Shown piece by piece: positions 54,064 through 62,680 of a stretch of DNA of 64,000 bases; within the stretch, counting starts at the first letter, position 1; each line of letters begins with the position of its first letter. The notes beneath the pieces were generated by a model, which was given only the letters and a program-made list of their open reading frames with translations, did not search any database and was not told the DNA's origin. The stretch is from an uncultured Aquimarina sp. (GTDB taxonomy: Bacteria; Bacteroidota; Bacteroidia; Flavobacteriales; Flavobacteriaceae). Position numbers and translations under genes: made by a program. The stretch spans positions 90,981 to 154,980 of the forward strand of contig CANMLL010000009.1 in the NCBI GenBank assembly GCA_947498775.1. The letters are read 5' to 3'.

Positions 54064-56262
54064 ATGAAAAGAAAGAGTAGTAGAAGAAAAAAGTCTCCCA
54101 AAATAGAGAATATCACTCAAGGAATATTAAAAATATTAAAATCCGACCCTGATAAAACATTTAATTATAAGCAAATTGCTACAAAGTTTGGAGTAAATGA
54201 TGCGAGCAGTAGAAATCAAATCATTAAAAAATTAGCCCAATTAGCTGCTAAGAAACAAATTGAAGAGGTAGATAGAGGGAAATTTAAAATAGTACCAAAT
54301 ATAAATACGTATACCGGGATTTTAGATATTACATCAAAAGGCAGTGGATATGTACTTGTTGAAGATCTTGAAAATGATATTTTTATTCCTAATAATAATT
54401 TGAATAAAGCATTGCATGGTGATGAAGTAGAAGTGTATATATATCGCAGAAAACGAAGGGGAAAAAGTGAAGGTGAAATTTCTAGGGTCATAACGCGTAA
54501 GAAGAATGAATTTGTGGGTGTAATAGAGATTCAGAAGAACTATGCATTTGTAAATATACAGGATCCTAAAATGTATACCGATGTCTTTATTCCTAAAAAC
54601 AAAATTGGAAAAGCCGAGGATGGTGATAAAGTATTAGTCAGACTCGAAGATTGGCCAGATAAAGCTGATTCTCCATTTGGTAAGGTTATCAAAGTGCTTG
54701 GTAAGCCAGGAGAACACAATACCGAGATACATGCTATTTTAGCTCAGTATGGTCTCCCCTATGAGTTTCCCGAAGAAGTTGAAGAATACGCCAATAAACT
54801 AGATACAAGCATACAAGAAGCTGAGATTAAAAACCGCAGGGATATGAGAAATATCCTGACCTTTACTATTGATCCAAAAGATGCCAAGGATTTTGATGAT
54901 GCCTTATCATTTCAGGTTTTAGAAAATGGTAATTTTGAGATTGGGATTCACATCGCAGATGTATCCCATTATGTAATTCCGGGAACGATATTGGATGATC
55001 AGGCTTACGAAAGGGCAACATCGGTATATCTGGTAGATCGGGTGGTGCCTATGTTACCAGAAGTGTTATCAAATAATGCATGTTCGCTGCGACCGCATGA
55101 AGAAAAATATACCTTCTCTGCAGTTTTTGAATTAAATGATAAAGCCGAAATCAAAAACCAATGGTTTGGTAGAACAGCTACCTACTCTGATGCACGTTTT
55201 GCATACGAAGAGGCACAGCAAATTATCGAAACAAAAGAGAATACTATTCCTGCAGAGATTTCTCTTACCGGAAAAACATATCAGGCTGATCAAAAAATTG
55301 CTGATGCTGTATTGAAATTAGATGAACTGGCCAAGATCATGCGCACCAAGCGTATGAGACAAGGAGCTATTTCTTTTGATAAGGTTGAAGTAAAATTTAG
55401 CTTAAACGAAAGTAACGAACCTGTAGGCGTGTTTTTTAAGACATCTAAAGATGCTAATAAACTTATTGAAGAGTTTATGCTGCTTGCTAATAAAAAGGTA
55501 GCAGAATTCATAGGAAAACAAAATCCAAAGAAAACATTTGTTTACCGAGTACACGACGAACCAAATGATGAGAAATTAGCGGCATTGCAAAACATTATTG
55601 GTCGATTTGGATATAAATTAGATCTTAGAGATCGCAAAACAACCACCAAATCATTGAATGGTCTATTAAAAGATGTTCAAGGTAAAAAGGAACAAAATCT
55701 GGTGGATACACTTGCTATACGAAGTATGAGCAAGGCAGAATACACAACCCATAATATCGGCCATTATGGATTAGCTTTTGATTATTATTCTCATTTTACA
55801 TCACCAATAAGAAGATATCCCGATGTTATGGCACACCGTTTGTTGCAACATTACTTAGATAATGGAAAATCTGCTGCAGAAGAAGAATTTGAAGAAAAAT
55901 GTAATCATAGCAGCAGTATGGAAAATCTTGCAGCTAGTGCAGAGCGGGATTCGATTAAGTTTATGCAAATAAAATTTATGAAGGATCATGAAGATGAGCA
56001 ATTTTTGGGTGTAATTTCTGGAGTGACCGAATGGGGAATTTATGTAGAGATTATAAACAACAAATGCGAAGGTATGGTTCGTCTAAAAGATATAAACGAT
56101 GACCATTATATTTTCGATCAAGAGGAATATGCAGTTATAGGTCAAGCCTCCAAAAAGATATATCAGCTAGGAGACGAAGTATATGTAAAAGTGAAAAATG
56201 CAGATTTAATCAAAAGACATTTGGATTTTACACTTTTAGGAAGTAGAAATGAGATAGAATAA
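54064..56262 (+). CDS. rnr: ribonuclease R
   Basis: Trimmed to ATG 54064. RNB domain motifs (TIDPKDAKDFDDA, HFTSPIRRYPD) and a C-terminal S1 domain. Confidence 0.9.
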   Translation: MKRKSSRRKKSPKIENITQGILKILKSDPDKTFNYKQIATKFGVNDASSRNQIIKKLAQLAAKKQIEEVDRGKFKIVPNINTYTGILDITSKGSGYVLVEDLENDIFIPNNNLNKALHGDEVEVYIYRRKRRGKSEGEISRVITRKKNEFVGVIEIQKNYAFVNIQDPKMYTDVFIPKNKIGKAEDGDKVLVRLEDWPDKADSPFGKVIKVLGKPGEHNTEIHAILAQYGLPYEFPEEVEEYANKLDTSIQEAEIKNRRDMRNILTFTIDPKDAKDFDDALSFQVLENGNFEIGIHIADVSHYVIPGTILDDQAYERATSVYLVDRVVPMLPEVLSNNACSLRPHEEKYTFSAVFELNDKAEIKNQWFGRTATYSDARFAYEEAQQIIETKENTIPAEISLTGKTYQADQKIADAVLKLDELAKIMRTKRMRQGAISFDKVEVKFSLNESNEPVGVFFKTSKDANKLIEEFMLLANKKVAEFIGKQNPKKTFVYRVHDEPNDEKLAALQNIIGRFGYKLDLRDRKTTTKSLNGLLKDVQGKKEQNLVDTLAIRSMSKAEYTTHNIGHYGLAFDYYSHFTSPIRRYPDVMAHRLLQHYLDNGKSAAEEEFEEKCNHSSSMENLAASAERDSIKFMQIKFMKDHEDEQFLGVISGVTEWGIYVEIINNKCEGMVRLKDINDDHYIFDQEEYAVIGQASKKIYQLGDEVYVKVKNADLIKRHLDFTLLGSRNEIE

Positions 56263-56320
56263 TGCTAACCTTTCAATATAAAAACACATAAATCTTAATC
56301 TAATTTTAAAATTTAGGACG

Positions 56321-56992
56321 ATGCAAAAATTAATGTTTATTTTGATTTTTGTAGTGACAACTGCACAAGCACAGGATATCATTACAAAAGAAGTAAGAGA
56401 TTTTAATGAATTAAAGGTATTTGACAAAATTCAGGTTACTTTGGTTCAGGGCGAAGAAAATAAGGTTGAAGTCACTGGTATTAAAAGAAGAGAAGTTGAT
56501 GTTGTACAAAACGGAAGTCTTCTTAAAATAAGAATGTCACTTGATAATTTATGGGATAACAATAATACCAAAGTAGTGGTATATTATACCCAGATTAATA
56601 AGATCGATGTCAACGAAGGGGCAAGAGTTAAGGCTAAAGGTATTATTAGTGCTGAAACTTTGGATCTACGAGCACAAGAAGGAGCTAGTATAAGAGCAGA
56701 AATAGATGCTGGGTTCGTTTTTGTTAAGGCAATTACCGGAGGAGAAATTGAAGTAAAAGGAGAAGCAAAAGAGCAGGAGGTAACCATTACTTCTGGTGGT
56801 CAGTATTATGCGAGCAGTCTTAGAACCAAAGATACCCAGGTAAAAGTTAGCGCAGGAGGTACTGCCGAGGTGAATGCCAAAAATTATATGAAAGCCAATA
56901 CAAATGCGGGCGGAACAATAAGAATTTTTGGCAATCCAAGAGAAATGGATACTCAAAAACTTTTAGGCGGAAAAATTATCGAAGTTAACTAA
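56321..56992 (+). CDS. DUF2807 / head GIN domain-containing protein
   Basis: Signal peptide and a repetitive beta-helix-like pattern (KVEVTG..., GGEIEVKG, GGTAEVNA, GGTIRIFG). Confidence 0.6.
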   Translation: MQKLMFILIFVVTTAQAQDIITKEVRDFNELKVFDKIQVTLVQGEENKVEVTGIKRREVDVVQNGSLLKIRMSLDNLWDNNNTKVVVYYTQINKIDVNEGARVKAKGIISAETLDLRAQEGASIRAEIDAGFVFVKAITGGEIEVKGEAKEQEVTITSGGQYYASSLRTKDTQVKVSAGGTAEVNAKNYMKANTNAGGTIRIFGNPREMDTQKLLGGKIIEVN

Positions 56993-57029
56993 GTAGTTTT
57001 TAACTTTGTAAGAAACACGTATACACCCA

Positions 57030-57725
57030 ATGCTTCAAGATGCCCAAGCTGCTATACCATTAGGATTCTTATTAGCTTTTCTAATCGGACCTGTTTTTTT
57101 TGTACTGCTAGAAACCGCAGCTATAAAAGGGTTTAGAGCAGCTTTAGCAGTAGATCTTGGTGTTATTTTGGCCGATATAGCTTTTATTTTTATTGCGTAT
57201 TTCTCTACCAATCAGATTTTAGAGAAGATAAAAGATGACCCCGCACTGTTTATTTTTGGGGGAGTTTTATTGGCTACTTACGGAGTGATTTCTTTTATTC
57301 AGGAACGAAAAAATTATAACCGACTTCGGGATACTTCAGTAGAAATTATTAATAAGCACAATTATTTAATGCTTTTTGTAAAAGGATTTTTACTGAATTT
57401 TATAAATATCGGAGTACTAGGTTTTTGGTTAAGTATAATTATTGTTATTGGACCCCAATTAGATATGGACACCAATAGAATGCTTTATTTTTTTAGTGTT
57501 GTTTTGGGTACGTATCTCTTCATTGACGTTTTTAAAATGCTCTTAGCTAAACGATTAAAAAGGAAACTAACACCAAAAAGAACCTATATTATCAAAAGAG
57601 TCATAAGTATTATGCTGGTGGTATTTGGGGTATTTTTGATATTAAAAGGTGTTGTTCCGGATGAAGTGGAACAAAAAATTCAGGATAGAATCGAAAAAAT
57701 AAGACCAGAATCAAAATTTGAATAA
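57030..57725 (+). CDS. LysE-family translocator
   Basis: 231 aa, polytopic, with an N-terminal GFLLAFLIGPVFFVLLE motif. Confidence 0.7.
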   Translation: MLQDAQAAIPLGFLLAFLIGPVFFVLLETAAIKGFRAALAVDLGVILADIAFIFIAYFSTNQILEKIKDDPALFIFGGVLLATYGVISFIQERKNYNRLRDTSVEIINKHNYLMLFVKGFLLNFINIGVLGFWLSIIIVIGPQLDMDTNRMLYFFSVVLGTYLFIDVFKMLLAKRLKRKLTPKRTYIIKRVISIMLVVFGVFLILKGVVPDEVEQKIQDRIEKIRPESKFE

Positions 57726-57758
57726 AAAAATCCTGTAAAAATTTTACAGGATTTTTTT
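57726..57758. terminator. bidirectional terminator shared by the LysE-family gene and tRNA-Cys
   Basis: aatcctgtaaa / tttacaggatt stem flanked by A7 and T7. Confidence 0.75.
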
Positions 57759-57759
57759 G

Positions 57760-57830
57760 AGGTGTCGAGCGGATTCGAACCGCTGTAGATGGTGTTGCAG
57801 ACCACTGCCTAGCCACTCGGCCACGACACC
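57760..57830 (-). tRNA. tRNA-Cys (anticodon GCA)
   Basis: The reverse complement folds as a cloverleaf. Acceptor GGTGTCG/CGACACC, anticodon stem GTGGT/ACCAT with loop CTGCAAC, T-arm AGCGG-TTCGAAT-CCGCT, discriminator U. CCA is not encoded. Confidence 0.9.
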
Positions 57831-57849
57831 CAATTTTTTGATTGGTTGG

Positions 57850-57857
57850 CAAATGTA
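57850..57857 (-). promoter_or_regulatory. candidate -7 box for tRNA-Cys
   Basis: The minus strand reads tacatttg (TAnnTTTG), about 20 nt upstream of the mature tRNA 5' end. Confidence 0.35.
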
Positions 57858-57905
57858 AAAAAATTTATGAATACTTCTTAATTGATTTTACATTAAAACG
57901 CAAAG

Positions 57906-58277
57906 TTAACGATTTTTACTTCTTGTGATCGTTACCATTTCAACATTTCCACCTATAGGTGGATTAATTTTAGAAACATCAATTGTTGCTTTCTCCACCA
58001 AAGGAATTTCTTTCAATATACGAACTAAAATACGGTCTGCCGCATGTTCTAACAATTTAGAACGAATCGCCATTTCTTCCTTTACAATATGATTAAGATG
58101 TACATAGTCTACTGTATCTCCCAAACGGTCGGTAGCCGCAGACTCTGATAGATCGGCTTTTATTTTTAAATCTACTCTATAATCAGAACCAATTTTTTTT
58201 TCTTCAACAAGGCATCCGTGATAGGCATAAATCTTAATATTTTTCAGCTTAATTAATCCCACAGAATTTTTTAACAA
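57906..58277 (-). CDS. folB: dihydroneopterin aldolase
   Basis: About 120 aa. IKLKNIKIYAYHGCLVEEKKIGSDYRVDL is the typical FolB N-terminus. The start codon is uncertain (TTG/GTG). Confidence 0.8.
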   Translation of the reverse strand: MLKNSVGLIKLKNIKIYAYHGCLVEEKKIGSDYRVDLKIKADLSESAATDRLGDTVDYVHLNHIVKEEMAIRSKLLEHAADRILVRILKEIPLVEKATIDVSKINPPIGGNVEMVTITRSKNR

Positions 58278-58377
58278 AGGTAAAAGTTTCTTTTTATCTA
58301 TCTACCGGAAAACAACCCTTTTTTTGTTGCTTTACAAGATGAGATTTTTAGTAGTTTTGTAGCTCATTTTATACATA

Positions 58378-60420
58378 ATGACAGAAGACAAAAAATCGCT
58401 CAATTTTATAGAGCACATTATAGAAGAAGATTTAGAAAACGGAATGGATCGTAAAAATCTACGGTTTCGGTTTCCGCCAGAGCCTAATGGATATTTGCAT
58501 ATTGGTCATACCAAAGCTATTGGTATAAGTTTTGGATTGGGACTTAAGTATAATGCACCTGTAAACTTACGTTTTGATGATACCAATCCCGCAAAAGAAG
58601 AACAGGAATACGTAGATGCTATCAAAGAAGATATTGCATGGTTAGGATATCAATGGGATCAGGAGTGTTATTCTTCAGATTATTTTCAACAATTATATGA
58701 TTGGACGGTTCAATTAATAAAGGAAGGAAAAGCGTATGTAGATTCACAATCGGCAGAGGCTATTGCCGAACAAAAAGGCACCACAACAGAACCAGGAACC
58801 AACAGTCCGTATAGAGATCGTTCTGTAGAAGAAAATTTGGATCTTTTTCTACGAATGAAAGACGGTGAGTTTAATGAAGGAGAACATGTAGTTAGGGCCA
58901 AAATAGATATGGCAGATCCAAATATGTTAATGCGGGACCCATTGATGTACAGAATACTTAAAAAATCACATCACCGCACAGGGGATACCTGGTGTATTTA
59001 TCCTATGTATGACTGGACCCATGGCGAAAGTGATTATATTGAAAACATCTCACATTCATTGTGTTCTTTAGAGTTTAAACCACATAGAAAGTTATATGAT
59101 TGGTTTTTAGATCAGGTATATAGTACAGAGATAAGACCAAAACAACGAGAATTTGCAAGACTTAATTTAAGCTATACGATCATGAGTAAACGTAAATTAC
59201 TCAAGCTAGTTGAAGAAGGTCATGTATCGAGTTGGGATGATCCTAGAATGCCTACTATTTCGGGATTGAGAAGGCGAGGATATACACCAGCATCAATACG
59301 TAAATTTGTTGAAACTGTAGGAGTGGCAAAACGTGAAAATGTAATCGACGTATCGCTTCTGGAGTTTTGTGTGCGCGAAGATCTTAATAAAATTGCACCA
59401 CGGGTTATGGCTGTTTTAGATCCAGTAAAACTGGTTATTACCAATTATCCAAAAGGAGAAGAAGAGTGGTTGGATGCCGAAAATAATCCGGAGGATGAAA
59501 CTGCAGGATCTAGAAAAGTACCTTTTTCGGGAGAATTATATATCGAAAGAGAAGATTTTAAAGAAGAAGCAGGGCGAAAGTTCTTCAGACTTACCCTAGG
59601 AAAAGAAGTACGTCTTAAAAACGCATATATCATCAAAGGAGAAAGTGTAGTAAGGGATACCAATGGAAATATTACTGAAGTTCATTGTACCTATGATCCC
59701 AAAAGTAAGTCCGGTAGCGGCACCGAGGAATCAAAACGTAACGTAAAAGGCACATTACATTGGGTTTCTGTAGTTCACGCTGTCCCTTCAGAAGTGAGAA
59801 TATACGATCGATTGTTTAACGATGAAGCTCCAGATGGTTATAAAGACAAAGATTTCATGGAATTTTTGAATCCAGATTCTTTAAAAGTAATTACGGGGTA
59901 TTTAGAACCAAGTCTAAAAGAAGTTAAAGCTTTGGATCAGTTTCAGTTTCAGAGACTAGGATATTTTAATGTTGATTTGGATAGCAAACCAGAATCATTG
60001 GTGTTTAATAAAACAGTTGGTTTACGGGATACTTGGGCTAAAGTTAAACCTACTTCTGCACCGCAAAACACATCCAAACCACAGCAAAGTAGGCAAGTAG
60101 AGGTGTCTGCAATCGAAGAGATTAAAAGAGCAGGGAAGAAGTATACCAATGTACCCGATCAGAAGAGAGAAGCGCTTAAAATCAAAATAAAGGAAGCTGC
60201 CAAAAATATTACGGTTGAAGAACTAGAACCTCTTTATAATACTGCAGTAAAAAAGGCAGGTACTCGAATTGCCACAATGATTTCTCTAGGCGTATTTCTT
60301 GAGAATCAGGGATTGGAACCAAATCAATTGGCTAAAGAATTTATTGTAAAAGCATTAGATGACAAGAATGAATTACTGAAGAAGGAAGCTTCGGTTTTAA
60401 CCAATAAATATAAAATATAA
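58378..60420 (+). CDS. glnS: glutamine--tRNA ligase with a C-terminal extension of about 125 aa
   Basis: HIGH motif (PNGYLHIGH), the KMSKS equivalent (IMSKRKL), and GlnRS anticodon-binding blocks to about aa 555. A helical K/E-rich appended domain follows. Confidence 0.9.
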   Translation: MTEDKKSLNFIEHIIEEDLENGMDRKNLRFRFPPEPNGYLHIGHTKAIGISFGLGLKYNAPVNLRFDDTNPAKEEQEYVDAIKEDIAWLGYQWDQECYSSDYFQQLYDWTVQLIKEGKAYVDSQSAEAIAEQKGTTTEPGTNSPYRDRSVEENLDLFLRMKDGEFNEGEHVVRAKIDMADPNMLMRDPLMYRILKKSHHRTGDTWCIYPMYDWTHGESDYIENISHSLCSLEFKPHRKLYDWFLDQVYSTEIRPKQREFARLNLSYTIMSKRKLLKLVEEGHVSSWDDPRMPTISGLRRRGYTPASIRKFVETVGVAKRENVIDVSLLEFCVREDLNKIAPRVMAVLDPVKLVITNYPKGEEEWLDAENNPEDETAGSRKVPFSGELYIEREDFKEEAGRKFFRLTLGKEVRLKNAYIIKGESVVRDTNGNITEVHCTYDPKSKSGSGTEESKRNVKGTLHWVSVVHAVPSEVRIYDRLFNDEAPDGYKDKDFMEFLNPDSLKVITGYLEPSLKEVKALDQFQFQRLGYFNVDLDSKPESLVFNKTVGLRDTWAKVKPTSAPQNTSKPQQSRQVEVSAIEEIKRAGKKYTNVPDQKREALKIKIKEAAKNITVEELEPLYNTAVKKAGTRIATMISLGVFLENQGLEPNQLAKEFIVKALDDKNELLKKEASVLTNKYKI

Positions 60421-60427
60421 GCATAAG

Positions 60428-60463
60428 AAAGACCCCTTAGATTCTTACAACTAAGGGGTCTTT
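60428..60463. terminator. bidirectional hairpin terminator
   Basis: 13-bp stem aaagaccccttag / ctaaggggtcttt between convergent gene ends. Confidence 0.7.
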
Positions 60464-60496
60464 CGTATATAAATTTTTGTTTTAATAAGGTGTTTC

Positions 60497-61006
60497 CTAG
60501 TTATCTGCAATATGTTCGTCAACAGGGATTTCTATGTCTGTCCTAAACCTTGGAAACAACTTTTTTGTTTCAGGATCATCTAGTAATTTATTTGATTCTA
60601 CAAAGTACCATTGATCTTTTTTGTCATTGTAAAAACCGAATAACGAACTTTTTAGGGTGATTGATCTTCCATTAAAGTCCATCTCGGTAGTGGTCCTAAC
60701 CAAACAACGATATTCTTTATTTTCTTTTCTAACATCGGTTACTTCATCAACCTTAGAACTAACGATCTTTATTTTTTGAGCATCCATCGTCCTAAAAATC
60801 TCATCCATGGTTTCCATAAGCTGTTTTTCTCCGTATGCTTTATAGACTTTTGGATGTGTATGTTTTAAGATGGTGCTTAAATTTCTATCAATTGATGCTT
60901 GAGAAGTTGCTTTAGCATCCCTTGTTGCCTGTTTTTTTAACGTCTTGATATTTTGGGAAAAAACACTTCCCGAAATAAACAATAAAATAATTAAGTAATT
61001 TTTCAT
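60497..61006 (-). CDS. hypothetical secreted protein, 169 aa
   Basis: Signal peptide MKNYLIILLFISGSVFSQ. No family recognised. Confidence 0.55.
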   Translation of the reverse strand: MKNYLIILLFISGSVFSQNIKTLKKQATRDAKATSQASIDRNLSTILKHTHPKVYKAYGEKQLMETMDEIFRTMDAQKIKIVSSKVDEVTDVRKENKEYRCLVRTTTEMDFNGRSITLKSSLFGFYNDKKDQWYFVESNKLLDDPETKKLFPRFRTDIEIPVDEHIADN

Positions 61007-61200
61007 GGGGATAATTTTGTATAAATATACGAAATTTTTAAACTATAATATATTTTTATAATTTTTATAAAAATAATTGTTTTTTCTTATTAAAAATAAC
61101 TTTGTATAATGCGTTTTTAAGCTATTAAATAATGAAGCATTATGATTATATTATAAAGGGATTAAAATCTCTTTAAAAAGCTCGTTATTCGGTTTTGATA

Positions 61201-61240
61201 AAAAATAACCCAGTTACAAATTGTAACTGGGTTATTTTTT
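61201..61240. terminator. terminator downstream of the SPFH gene
   Basis: 13-bp stem ataacccagttac / gtaactgggttat flanked by A5 and T6. Confidence 0.75.
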
Positions 61241-61255
61241 AAATACACGCTATTT

Positions 61256-62206
61256 TTATTGATCAGCACCCGGTTTTTTTCGACCGAGATTTTTTTTAGC
61301 ATTCTGTTTTTTCATTTCTTCTCCAATTTGGTTTGAAGCAGTAAATGATGCAATCATATTATTTAACATATCACTTCCTGCCTGAGGAGAATTTGGTAGC
61401 AATATCAAATTACTGTTTGTTTCTTCTCCTATAGATTGTAATGTATCATAATGTTGGGTTACAACAATCAGGGCTGATGCTTCTTGAGAATTTATTCCTA
61501 CATTATTTAGCACATCAACACTTTCTTCTAATCCACGGGCTATTTCTCTACGCTGGTCTGCTATACCCTGCCCCTGTAATCGTTTACTTTCTGCTTCTGC
61601 ACGTGCTTTGGCAACAATCTTAATACGCTCAGCTTCAGCTTCATATTCTGCTGCAACCTTTTCACGCTCTGCCGCATTAATTCGGTTCATAGCTTCTTTA
61701 ACCTGCATATCGGGATCTATATCGGTAACCAATGTTTTAATGATATCGTATCCATAGTTTACCATAGCCTCATTAAGCTCTTGTTTTACAGCGATAGCTA
61801 TATCGTCTTTTCTTTCAAAAACATCATCTAGTTTCATTTTCGGTACTTCGGCACGTACCACATCAAATACATAAGAGGTAATTTGATCATGAGGATTTTC
61901 TAATTTATAAAATGCATCATATACTTTTTCTTTGATCACCTGAAATTGAACAGATATTTTGAGACGCACAAAAACATCATCTTTTGTTTTGGTTTCTACT
62001 AAAACATCTAATTGCTGAATTTTAAGGTTAATTCGTCCTGCAATACGGTCAAATACAGGAATTTTAAAATGCAAGCCCGAACTTCTTGTGCTTAAAAATT
62101 TACCAAAACGTTCTACGATTGCGGCCGTTTGTTGTTTTACGGTAAATATTCCGGATATCAGAATGATAAATCCGAAAATGATTAGTGGAATTAAATATAG
62201 ACCCAT
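61256..62206 (-). CDS. SPFH/band 7 (stomatin-like) family protein
   Basis: N-terminal TM segment, a PHB domain (VERFGKF...LHFKIPVFD) and a coiled-coil AEREKVAAEYEAEAERIK region. Confidence 0.85.
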   Translation of the reverse strand: MGLYLIPLIIFGFIILISGIFTVKQQTAAIVERFGKFLSTRSSGLHFKIPVFDRIAGRINLKIQQLDVLVETKTKDDVFVRLKISVQFQVIKEKVYDAFYKLENPHDQITSYVFDVVRAEVPKMKLDDVFERKDDIAIAVKQELNEAMVNYGYDIIKTLVTDIDPDMQVKEAMNRINAAEREKVAAEYEAEAERIKIVAKARAEAESKRLQGQGIADQRREIARGLEESVDVLNNVGINSQEASALIVVTQHYDTLQSIGEETNSNLILLPNSPQAGSDMLNNMIASFTASNQIGEEMKKQNAKKNLGRKKPGADQ

Positions 62207-62273
62207 TATTTTTTTGTTTAAAGTTAGTATTTATTAAAAAATGAATTTACTGATAAATTGTTAAAGATTTGGC

Positions 62274-62453
62274 TTATTTACAAATTGTTATCATTGCGGT
62301 CGATATACCAGAACCACCAGATAATCCAAAGGCAACAGAAACAACTTCCCAACCATCTTTTGATACATTGTTAAGGGTATCTTCAACCTCTTTTCTTAAT
62401 TTTTCTGTAGACCACACATTAGATTTTTTTAAAACTTTATATTGTTTTCCCAT
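62274..62453 (-). CDS. DUF4177-like small protein, 59 aa
   Basis: Trimmed to ATG 62453 (MGKQYKVLKK...LNNVSKDGWEVVSV). The pattern is recalled from DUF4177. Confidence 0.45.
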   Translation of the reverse strand: MGKQYKVLKKSNVWSTEKLRKEVEDTLNNVSKDGWEVVSVAFGLSGGSGISTAMITICK

Positions 62454-62528
62454 AGTCAAAATGTTTATAGCGTTGTATAGTATCTGTATATCGTAGCACA
62501 AAATTGTTACAGTTTCAAGAAAACAGAA

Positions 62529-62651
62529 GAGGTCTGAATAAGTATATTATTTACGGTCCTGTCACATTAGCGGAGTCGAAATGTATTGAAACCCAAAGGT
62601 TATTTTTTCTCGACTCCGACCGAAATGACAGAGAAAGTTACTTTTCAGACC
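62529..62651. repeat. nested inverted-repeat element (three concentric stems)
   Basis: Outer stem aggtctgaa / ttcagacct (62529-62537 / 62643-62651), middle stem tgtca / tgaca, inner stem ggagtcga / tcgactcc (62571-62578 / 62609-62616). Confidence 0.7.
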
Positions 62652-62680
62652 TTTAGATATAGATAATTTTCTTTAATAAT

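Noticed and set aside
57726-57905. tRNA-Cys as an integration site for a mobile element
   Set aside because: There is no integrase, no direct repeat of the tRNA 3' end and no foreign-looking genes on either side. The neighbours are a LysE-family gene and folB.
62269-62496. Plus-strand ORF 62269..62496 overlapping the minus-strand DUF4177-like ORF
   Set aside because: The minus-strand frame gives a compact family-like protein (MGKQYKVL...DGWEVVSV) with a proper ATG. The plus-strand product is low-complexity and starts with a non-ATG codon.
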